From: a virus
Lineage: Duplodnaviria > Caudoviricetes
Virus record (IMG/VR): IMGVR_UViG_3300017650_000204
Location: 1 to 36,951 of that record
Length of the DNA: 36,951 nt
Direction: 5' to 3' (one strand)
Part shown: piece by piece, positions 1 through 7,378 of the stretch
Position numbering within the stretch: position 1 is the first letter of the stretch
Layout of the letters: the number at the start of each line of letters is the position of its first letter
Translations under genes and position numbers: made by a program
The notes under the pieces: model-generated
What the model was told of the DNA's origin: nothing
What the model saw: the letters and a program-made list of their open reading frames with translations, nothing else
The model's database searches: none

Positions 1-474
1 TTACCGGGTGGTGGGGGAAATTTTGGCGGGCGCCTGGATCGCCCTGATGTAGTTCTGAAGTCCGCCTACCTTGTCAGCCAGCCTTCCAGCTTCTGCGCCC
101 ATTCGCTCATATTCCGCGACACATTGGCCGAATATTCCGATCCAGTCTTCTCCGGGGCCATAAGATCCGCTGCTGGCTCGGGCAACTTCGGGGCGACGGC
201 GTAGCTCGTCGAGCAGCCCGTCAATGCGCTTGCGCTGATCAGCCACAAGGCGATCAGCAGCTTGGCGGGCCAGGATGGCCCCACGGTATTCAGCATCGGC
301 ACGATCTTTCTCCGCTTGCATGCCGCGCTCGATGGCGGCGTTGATGGCCTGGGCCTCTGCCTGGGCGGCGGCGTGCCCGGCGTCGTAACCCGACGACCAG
401 CGCCACTGCCAGGCCACCGCGGCGACGGCCAGCAGGGCCAGGCCCGCCAGCAGCTTTACAGCCCAGACAGGCAT
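1..474 (-). CDS. Rz-like inner-membrane spanin (i-spanin)
   Basis: ATG at 474 (MPVWAVKLLAGLALL..), N-terminal TM helix then Ala-rich coiled coil; directly after endolysin; contains embedded lipoprotein ORF. Confidence 0.85.
   Translation of the reverse strand: MPVWAVKLLAGLALLAVAAVAWQWRWSSGYDAGHAAAQAEAQAINAAIERGMQAEKDRADAEYRGAILARQAADRLVADQRKRIDGLLDELRRRPEVARASSGSYGPGEDWIGIFGQCVAEYERMGAEAGRLADKVGGLQNYIRAIQAPAKISPTTR
66..296 (-). CDS. Rz1-like outer-membrane lipoprotein spanin (o-spanin), embedded in Rz in another frame
   Basis: Signal peptide ending in lipobox LTGC, Pro-rich mature part, fully nested in the i-spanin gene. Confidence 0.85.
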   Translation of the reverse strand: MLNTVGPSWPAKLLIALWLISASALTGCSTSYAVAPKLPEPAADLMAPEKTGSEYSANVSRNMSEWAQKLEGWLTR

Positions 475-911
475 ATCTGGCGCTCCGCTTCTCGCCGCCG
501 CTCCAGGCCGCGCAGCTTCTTTCCGCCGGCATAGACCCAGCGGGGCAGTTGGTTGCAGGCGCCTTTGATGTCGCCAGCGCGCAGCAGGCGCAGCAGCGTC
601 GAGCCGCCATAGGCCCCGGGCCCGACGTTGTAGACGAAGCTGGCCAGCGCCACGCGCGCGCCGTCGGGCAGCGGCCGGCTTACCGACTTGTCGACCACCG
701 CCAGCGCCTTTACGACTTCCTGGCGGGTCAGCTCGTCGCACTTCTCGGGGGTGGCCACGTCACCCAGCTTGACGCCGTGCGTGTACCCCTCGCAGATGGT
801 CGGGACTGACACCGGATCCAAGTAGGCCACCAGCGAGCGGCCCTCGAAGGTCGCCACCAGCGACACGGCGGCGGCCAGGACGGTGCCTGCGATCTTGGTA
901 CCGGCTTTCAT
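456..911 (-). CDS. SAR endolysin, GH24 (T4/P21-type) lysozyme
   Basis: N-terminal Ala/Gly-rich SAR segment, catalytic E-x8-D-x5-T (EGRSLVAYLDPVSVPT), YNVG and GLERRREAE motifs. Confidence 0.92.
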   Translation of the reverse strand: MKAGTKIAGTVLAAAVSLVATFEGRSLVAYLDPVSVPTICEGYTHGVKLGDVATPEKCDELTRQEVVKALAVVDKSVSRPLPDGARVALASFVYNVGPGAYGGSTLLRLLRAGDIKGACNQLPRWVYAGGKKLRGLERRREAERQICLSGL

Positions 912-1213
912 TTCATGATCCCCCTGATGGCGGACCAGGCGGCCAAGCCCGCGGCAACGGCGCCGGCCACATAGCTGAAATACTTGGCGAACCGGGCCAG
1001 ACCCTGCATCACCTTCAGGCCGCCGGTCACCGCTTGGAACGCCTCGACGATGTCGCTGGTGTTCTTCTCCACCCGCTCGATGGATTCCGTGTTGCGCTTG
1101 GTATCCGCACGGCAATCGGCCAGGTCTTCCTTCATCTGGACGACTTGGCCGTGCAGCGACTTGATAAACGCCTCGGAGTAGTACTGGTCGGGCGGCTGCT
1201 GATCGCTCTGCAT
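908..1213 (-). CDS. Putative holin/antiholin-type membrane protein
   Basis: About 100 aa, coiled coil plus C-terminal hydrophobic helix; ATGA overlap with the endolysin start. Confidence 0.6.
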   Translation of the reverse strand: MQSDQQPPDQYYSEAFIKSLHGQVVQMKEDLADCRADTKRNTESIERVEKNTSDIVEAFQAVTGGLKVMQGLARFAKYFSYVAGAVAAGLAAWSAIRGIMK

Positions 1214-1222
1214 GCCCACCCC

Positions 1223-3322
1223 TTACGGCGCCAGCTCGGCCAGTTTCTGCAGCGCGGCGCCCAGCGACCCGATGCTCTGGCCTTCAATCAGCGTGGGCGA
1301 GTAGGCAAACAGGGTTGCCGTGGCAAACTGGTTCGTGGTTCCAACCCAGCCCAGCAGGTTCACCTTCACCGCGGTGGAATTCGCACCGATGGCCGAATTG
1401 TCCGCGCCACCGCCACCGCAGCCCATCAGCCACGCTTCGGCTTGTCCAGGGTTGCCGCTGTCCGAGAAATACCAGCTTGCTTTCGTGCTGCCCGGGCTAC
1501 GCACGGACGGGCCAGGAAAGCACCCCATGCAGAACGTTTTGCCACCACCCACGTCGGCTATCGTCGGACCGTAGGTATTGAACGCCACGGTGTTGCAGCG
1601 AATGACGCGGATGCCCTCGTGCGCCGTGGATCCGTTGCTGTTCGGATCGTCGGACCAGTGGGCGACGCCGGCCGAGCTGCCCTCGCACGACAGCTCAACC
1701 ACCAGCATGTCGGGCAACGTGAACGAGTTGTGGTAGTTGATGGCGTCGTCGCCCACATACCGGCCGACTGTCTCGTGGTTGATCGATAGCGCAACGGTCT
1801 GGGAGGCATACCCGTTGCGGTCGGCGCCAAAGTACCGGCAGTTGTTCGACACCCAGACGCTGCCCAGCGACGTAGCCGCGCCGCGGATCTCGAGCGCATG
1901 CTGCCCGCCGCCAAACTGCAAGCCGTCAGTGACCACGACCGTACCGGCGCCCACAAGCAGGCGCTGCTGGTAGGTCTGTAGCATGAACATTGTCTTCAGC
2001 GACGACGGCGTGAGCCCGTCCAGCGTGTTGACGTACATGCCGGTTGCGTCCTGGAACCAGGATCCGGGCGTGGTGTCCACCGCCGCGGCATCGGCGACCT
2101 TCAAGTACGGCACCGGGATGTTCTTGTTGTCGCGCGAGCCAGCATCGTGCACGGTGTGCACGGGGTACAGCGTGCTGGTCAGGTTGCTGGAATGCCAGGT
2201 ATTGCCGCTTTGGCTCCAACTGTCGGTCTGGCTGGCCACCGCACACACCGCCAGAATCGCGCCGGTGTCGGAGTAGAAGCAATACTTGCGGCCGGGCTGC
2301 AGCGTTTGCGAGCCTTGGATAATCGACGTGGACTCGAAGATCCCGTTGAACTTGATACGGATAGGTTCGGTCGTGGTCGCGTCGTGCGCCGCCTGCAGCA
2401 CTGCGGCGAAGGTGCGCTTCGGCGTGGAAATCGACCGCCCGTCGTTCGTATTGTTGCCCGTTGACCAACCATTCGTCGCTTGCGCCGAGACGAAGAAATC
2501 CTCCCAGTCGTCGTCGAGATACTCGGCCGGGTCGAAATCATCGGTGTAGCGGCCGAAGTCGTCGCAGGCGAAGGAAACCGGGCAATCGGAGAAGACGGCC
2601 GGCAGCACCACCGGGCCGACGATCCACGGCACGGCCGGCGAGTACAGCAGACCCTGCGTGTTGCCCACGGCCGATGCGGCGCTCTCGGCCCGGTCTGCGT
2701 CAGTGCTGGCGCTACTGGCTGCGCCTTGCGCCGTGGACGCGGCGCCCTGGGCACCTTCGTTTGCAGCCTCGGCCGCCGCAGCGCTCGCCGCGGCCTCTGC
2801 TGCCTGATCGTTGTAGTTGTCTTCGCTGACGATGAGATTGCCGCCCTCATCGAAGATGAGAGCCTTTTTCGCGCGCACGGCAGCCCTGGGGAGCAAAGCA
2901 TCTCTGCGTGGGTTCTCAACCGGGAAACGCAGCACACGCGATACCGCGTCAGGCGCAGTCCCCAAGAATTCCTCTAAACGCTGAGAGATCATCGTCAGTT
3001 TGTCGAGCGCCCGCTCATGCGCACGCTCCGGGAACGGATCATTGCGCTGATAGGCTGTTTCTTGAGTAAAAGGAGGCGCCCGTTCGATGAAGAGTTGCAA
3101 TCCCTCTGCCGGGGCGTTGGCCGCGGTGATGGCCCCGCCAGCCGGCTGCCCTGCCCCGGCAACCGTGTAATCCGAATCCAGCACTAGCCTCTCGGCCTCT
3201 TCATCATTGCCCAGAGTGACAATCAGGTCCGCATTGGCCAAGAAATAAAACGGGACTTGGAATACGTCGGTCACTCCATCGCATTCATAGCTGACAGAGG
3301 AAACTTGGGAAGGTACGGTCAT
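1223..3322 (-). CDS. Tail fibre/tailspike (receptor-binding protein)
   Basis: N-terminus resembles the T7 gp17-type virion anchor (F.VPFYFL..DL.V, HERALDKLTMI); Ala-rich linker; Gly/Asn/Ser-rich C-terminus consistent with a beta-helix. Confidence 0.85.
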   Translation of the reverse strand: MTVPSQVSSVSYECDGVTDVFQVPFYFLANADLIVTLGNDEEAERLVLDSDYTVAGAGQPAGGAITAANAPAEGLQLFIERAPPFTQETAYQRNDPFPERAHERALDKLTMISQRLEEFLGTAPDAVSRVLRFPVENPRRDALLPRAAVRAKKALIFDEGGNLIVSEDNYNDQAAEAAASAAAAEAANEGAQGAASTAQGAASSASTDADRAESAASAVGNTQGLLYSPAVPWIVGPVVLPAVFSDCPVSFACDDFGRYTDDFDPAEYLDDDWEDFFVSAQATNGWSTGNNTNDGRSISTPKRTFAAVLQAAHDATTTEPIRIKFNGIFESTSIIQGSQTLQPGRKYCFYSDTGAILAVCAVASQTDSWSQSGNTWHSSNLTSTLYPVHTVHDAGSRDNKNIPVPYLKVADAAAVDTTPGSWFQDATGMYVNTLDGLTPSSLKTMFMLQTYQQRLLVGAGTVVVTDGLQFGGGQHALEIRGAATSLGSVWVSNNCRYFGADRNGYASQTVALSINHETVGRYVGDDAINYHNSFTLPDMLVVELSCEGSSAGVAHWSDDPNSNGSTAHEGIRVIRCNTVAFNTYGPTIADVGGGKTFCMGCFPGPSVRSPGSTKASWYFSDSGNPGQAEAWLMGCGGGGADNSAIGANSTAVKVNLLGWVGTTNQFATATLFAYSPTLIEGQSIGSLGAALQKLAELAP

Positions 3323-3351
3323 GGCGCGCAATCCGGGGGAGATTGCACGCC

Positions 3352-3388
3352 ATGTTGTCTACGCGCGCGCGTAGAGTTCTGCGGAAAT
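3352..3388 (-). promoter_or_regulatory. Putative late promoter/activator site, copy 1 (tailspike and lysis genes)
   Basis: 3361-3388 matches 20720-20747 at 23/28 nt ungapped; -10-like CAACAT at the same offset as CAGACT in copy 2. Confidence 0.6.
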
Positions 3389-3415
3389 AAAAAAAGCCAC
3401 CTTGATCGGTGGCTT
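3387..3415 (-). terminator. Rho-independent terminator after the HEPN gene
   Basis: Minus strand AAGCCACC-gatcaa-GGTGGCTT followed by a T run. Confidence 0.85.
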
Positions 3416-3432
3416 GGCGGTGTATCGCTAAG

Positions 3433-3816
3433 TCAAATCTTCAATGCATTCAAAGATTGTTGCTCCGCTCCATGGGCATCTCTGGCATCAACTTCTTCAT
3501 TGATATAGTAGTCAGCCTTAACACGCAAAACGCGCAGTGACCTCAGGATGTAACCCAACTGCTTCGATGTTCTATAAGCGGGATCGTTAGCTTGCACCGC
3601 AGGGTTGAGCAATCGAGAAATTAGACGCGCGTGCACCCCCCCGCGAGTCTCGCCAGCATTCCCCTGCACCGAAAGTTTTGAATCCTCAAAGCTCAGGCCA
3701 TGGTGGTACGCTGCATAGTAGAAACGTCCAATCGATGCTCTTCGGTCTGCTTCACAAGAAGACTCCGCCAAAATTCTCTGCCCGACTTGCAGGATATCAG
3801 TTGGTGCCGTACTCAT
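3433..3816 (-). CDS. HEPN-domain protein (HepT/UPF0332-like putative RNase toxin)
   Basis: RxYYAAYH motif, H-x2-L-I helix and R-x4-Y (RVKADY) motif; 127 aa; AT-richer than flanks. Confidence 0.75.
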   Translation of the reverse strand: MSTAPTDILQVGQRILAESSCEADRRASIGRFYYAAYHHGLSFEDSKLSVQGNAGETRGGVHARLISRLLNPAVQANDPAYRTSKQLGYILRSLRVLRVKADYYINEEVDARDAHGAEQQSLNALKI

Positions 3817-4583
3817 ACATCAGATCCTGTGAAAGCTACCACTACACCATCGGGTATTGGCGTAACGCGTTCCGCAATACGCCCTGCCAGGTCCAAGTTC
3901 ATCTCACCAATCTCTTCCCACGACGCCCGAACCGGTATCTCCACATAAATGGTTTCCATCTCGGGATGGTCCAACGTACTCGTGAAGGGACCCCATGATC
4001 CAACAAAAAGCCGATGCTCTCGCAAGATTTCTCCTGCGATATCCATGAGCTGGGCTGTTTGCTGGTCTGTAGTGTTCATTTCTTCCAGTACTGAAGATGC
4101 CGACGCGAAAGCTGTCGTCAAATCAAGATTGACCGCCATCCCGATTTCTCGGGCCCTATTGCTGTACACGTTAGCTTTATGAAACGCTCCCGATGCGAAA
4201 CCAAGTCCGCATCGACTTGTAAACTCGCCTGACTCTGGGGCGCCGACCTTCTCGTAGATCTGTTGCGCCTCTCCAAAAAAGCCAAGAACGACGAGCGCCT
4301 GTCCAAGCTGGAACAACGTCTCACCATTGTCCAATGGCTTCAAGGACATCGCTGCCCTTGCGGCTCTCCTGCATTCATCGTGATCGCCGAACATTTCGGC
4401 AACTAGGATCCGGACTATGTTGCCATCATATGCGTCGGCACGCAGTAACTTTTCTACGTCTCGCTCAAATTTTCGAGCCTGAAAGTTGTCGCGCGTAAAA
4501 TACCGACCTTCAGCCATCATCGCGTCATGCATTTGCTGGCAAAGGTCAGAGGCGATTGTCCTTGGTTTAGGTGCGCGCGGCAT
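3813..4583 (-). CDS. TPR-like helical protein with possible degenerate nucleotidyltransferase-like C-terminus; partner of the HEPN gene
   Basis: TPR-like segment (TLFQLGQALVVLGFFGEAQQIYEK); ATGA overlap with HEPN start; ATG at 4583 preferred over TTG at 4646. Confidence 0.55.
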   Translation of the reverse strand: MPRAPKPRTIASDLCQQMHDAMMAEGRYFTRDNFQARKFERDVEKLLRADAYDGNIVRILVAEMFGDHDECRRAARAAMSLKPLDNGETLFQLGQALVVLGFFGEAQQIYEKVGAPESGEFTSRCGLGFASGAFHKANVYSNRAREIGMAVNLDLTTAFASASSVLEEMNTTDQQTAQLMDIAGEILREHRLFVGSWGPFTSTLDHPEMETIYVEIPVRASWEEIGEMNLDLAGRIAERVTPIPDGVVVAFTGSDV

Positions 4584-4664
4584 CGGTTCGCCCGAGAAGA
4601 TGGGATGATTGAGTTTGAGATTTTTAACATATTGTATAAGACTCAAGGTTCCCTAATCATTGCA

Positions 4665-4690
4665 ACCCCGCCCAGCGGGGCTTTGCTTTT
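4665..4690 (+). terminator. GC hairpin with T-rich tail, possibly a bidirectional terminator
   Basis: CCCCGC-cca-GCGGGG-ctttgctttt between divergent moron genes. Confidence 0.55.
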
Positions 4691-4716
4691 GGCGGCGGGT
4701 GGGTAAAATCGACGAT

Positions 4717-4929
4717 ATGCTCAAAGCCCTGGCCGCCTTAGCAGTACTCTACGTCGTCTGGTTCGCCATCCTCGGTGTAGTTATGGCTGAGACGTACTGG
4801 TCGCTGGCCAGAAAGATTGGCTATGGCTGGACCTTGTTCAAACAGTGGATTTGGGTCATGGCTGTTCTGACGGCGGTTGGCATCGTCCTCGGGCTTATAA
4901 GCTCGGGCGTCAGCTTCGGCAATTCTTAG
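4717..4929 (+). CDS. Small two-TM membrane protein (moron, candidate superinfection exclusion)
   Basis: 70 aa with two hydrophobic helices; opposite to late genes; TAAAAT -10-like hexamer at 4704-4709. Confidence 0.6.
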   Translation: MLKALAALAVLYVVWFAILGVVMAETYWSLARKIGYGWTLFKQWIWVMAVLTAVGIVLGLISSGVSFGNS

Positions 4930-7376
4930 AATCCGAATAGCGTTGAATTCTGAGACGGCCTCAGCAAGAACGTCTGATTATTCTCTCGCTCCAGCCGGCG
5001 TTCCATGCGCCTGAGATAGCCAGGATTCATTAGTTCCTGGATCTGATACACGGCCAAGTAATCCAAGACGGCTCGAGCATAGAACAGATTGATCCCCGGG
5101 GTGTTCTGCAACAGCAGCCTCGTAGCCTCAGCGGCGGTGCCCATCGCATCATCGTCGCCATGTATGGCCGTTTGTACCAAGGTCCATATGTCATTCCCCG
5201 TCCCAATAGCCGGCCCGGCCAGCGTCTGCAACATCCCTCCACCAAAGCGATTGGCCTCACCGAACAAGAAATCGCCGTACAGCCCTGCCCCGCCGCCCTG
5301 TAGCATCGATGCCAGAAACACCTGGTAGGGGTTCTCCAACGGGTCGCGCGGCGTACGACCCTTGGCGATGTCTTTCAGCGCCATCGACCCGTAGCCCATG
5401 ACGGTCGAAGCCAGCATCAGCTTCACCAGGCCACCGAACTCGCCATTTCCAGCAGCGATCGCGCGAAGGTTGCTATCCCCCATGTAGCCGCGGCCGTACA
5501 GCTCCCGGCCGAGGATCTTTTGCGTGTAGGCCGCCGCGAACGATTTGAACTGCATCGCAAACCGCGCGAACTCTCCGCTCCACGTTCCGGGTCGCGTGGC
5601 CTGCAGCATCATTGCCCGCGTTTTCGCGTCGGGCTCAAGCACCAGGAACGACGTCTGGTCAGTAAAGTAGGCCCGGAGCTTCTCTGCTGCAGCGGCATCA
5701 GCGACGTTCTCGGGAACGATGTAATCCTTGCCGTCGACCAGCTTTTCGCTGGACGTGCGAATGGCATCCCAGTCCTTCTCCGTGATGCCGTAAAGATCGA
5801 AGAGGCGCCGGTACTCGCCATCCAGGTCAGCCCAGGCACGACCTCGGCTGAGAGCCATGTGATGGCTCATGCCAAATACCGCCGACGTGCGCATGCGGTT
5901 CTGCCACCAGGAAGATAGGTTCCACTTCATAAAGGTCTGGACGTGCCGAGCCACCGATCCGCCCTCGGCGAATGACCCAAGCCGACCAATCTCCCCGAAC
6001 ATGTTGTCGAGCACCACGCCAAGGGACGCCGCCAGATTTCGTCGATCCTGGCTCTTCAGGCTGCGGCCCAGCCCTGCGGTAGCCTCGGCCATGCCCGACA
6101 TGAAACCGCGGCCTTGATAGCGCACGCCAGACCCGTAAACGGCGATGTCGTTAAGTTGTGACAGAATCATGCCGCCCAGCCGAGACATGGTGATTACCGC
6201 CCGTACCGCCGCAGATCGACGAGCCGCCAAGGCATTTCCAGGAATATTCATGGACCCATCTACAGCGGCAATGTGACGATCAAGCGCACCGCGACGTGCG
6301 TCGATTTTCTCGATCTGCGCCAACTGGTCCGTTGCCTTGGCATGCAGCACCAGGTCATCCCGGATGGCGTTGAACATGTTCTGGGGGTTCGTGCCCAACA
6401 CTCGCATCATGCCCGTGGAATGGGCGGCGCGCTGAATCCCGGAAGCGAAGGCTTCGCGCAGGTTACCGGCTCCGTATTTGGCGTTGTAATCGAACCAAGC
6501 GTCCGCGTCCTTGAACTCGATCTCACGGCCGCGCGAAAGCCGCTTGGCGATATTCCCTGGACCCTTGAAGCCGGTCACATCGGCCGGGGAGTCTTTCAGG
6601 TGATTCCCGGTGGCGAGATTCTTGTACAGCTCATGCAGATCCGCCCTCGACATGGCGCCCATTTCAGTGAAGTCAAACCACCGCATTGCATCAGCTGCCC
6701 ACTCATCGAAGCCGCGGACCTTGATTCTGGCCGGATCATGGGACTGGCGCACGATGTAGCCAGCGCGCTTTCGAATCCACGCACCGGCCTTGTTCGCATC
6801 GACCCGAGCCACCTCTTGCCACTTGTTGACGATCTTGGCCATGTCAATGGCTTCCTTGGGAAGGGAGGCCAGCAGTTGCTGCTCACCCTCCCTGCCAATC
6901 GCCCATAGTGCCCGGGAAACCTCTCTATCCATTCCTCCGTTGGCAAAGAGCTTCATGAGGCCAGCGGACTCCATGTCCGCAGAAAAACCAGCCTGATAAG
7001 ACTTGGTCAATGCCTCTTGCGCAGTCATGACGCTATTGCGTGCTCCGCGGACCGCCCTGTTCACCCCGACCAAGAGGGCTTCCAATCCTTCCGCGAAGTT
7101 GTGCCCGAAGCTGTTCTGGATGATGCCCAGCCGCTCGATGCGGCGAACCGTATTCAATGCTGCATTGCGCTTTTCAATGATGGCCGCCATTTCCAAGTCG
7201 TTGGCAATCTCATCGGCCGCCCGTAAGGACGCATCCCGCGCGCTGTCGGCAATACCCTTGGCGATAAAGTACTGTTCCCGCGCCTGAAGGGCCTCTAGCA
7301 GTTCCGTTATCTCATCGTCGGTCAGCTCGCGACCAGCCGCCGCGCGGATTGTCTGCAAGCAGTGTTCGTATGCCAT
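4926..7376 (-). CDS. Internal virion/DNA ejection protein
   Basis: About 816 aa; position after other ejection genes; C-terminal Gly-rich hydrophobic segments (MLQGGGAGLYGDFLFG). Confidence 0.75.
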   Translation of the reverse strand: MAYEHCLQTIRAAAGRELTDDEITELLEALQAREQYFIAKGIADSARDASLRAADEIANDLEMAAIIEKRNAALNTVRRIERLGIIQNSFGHNFAEGLEALLVGVNRAVRGARNSVMTAQEALTKSYQAGFSADMESAGLMKLFANGGMDREVSRALWAIGREGEQQLLASLPKEAIDMAKIVNKWQEVARVDANKAGAWIRKRAGYIVRQSHDPARIKVRGFDEWAADAMRWFDFTEMGAMSRADLHELYKNLATGNHLKDSPADVTGFKGPGNIAKRLSRGREIEFKDADAWFDYNAKYGAGNLREAFASGIQRAAHSTGMMRVLGTNPQNMFNAIRDDLVLHAKATDQLAQIEKIDARRGALDRHIAAVDGSMNIPGNALAARRSAAVRAVITMSRLGGMILSQLNDIAVYGSGVRYQGRGFMSGMAEATAGLGRSLKSQDRRNLAASLGVVLDNMFGEIGRLGSFAEGGSVARHVQTFMKWNLSSWWQNRMRTSAVFGMSHHMALSRGRAWADLDGEYRRLFDLYGITEKDWDAIRTSSEKLVDGKDYIVPENVADAAAAEKLRAYFTDQTSFLVLEPDAKTRAMMLQATRPGTWSGEFARFAMQFKSFAAAYTQKILGRELYGRGYMGDSNLRAIAAGNGEFGGLVKLMLASTVMGYGSMALKDIAKGRTPRDPLENPYQVFLASMLQGGGAGLYGDFLFGEANRFGGGMLQTLAGPAIGTGNDIWTLVQTAIHGDDDAMGTAAEATRLLLQNTPGINLFYARAVLDYLAVYQIQELMNPGYLRRMERRLERENNQTFLLRPSQNSTLFGF

Positions 7377-7378
7377 CA

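Noticed and set aside
475-741. Long upstream extensions given by the ORF track (e.g. Rz from 741, endolysin from 1115, RuvC from 24121)
   Set aside because: They overlap neighbouring real genes; downstream ATGs with SD or stop-start coupling fit better
1223-4650. Diversity-generating retroelement as in Bordetella phage BPP-1
   Set aside because: No reverse transcriptase, Avd or adenine-mismatched TR/VR repeat pair seen; the CG tract at 3362 is upstream of the gene, not at the 3' end of a VR
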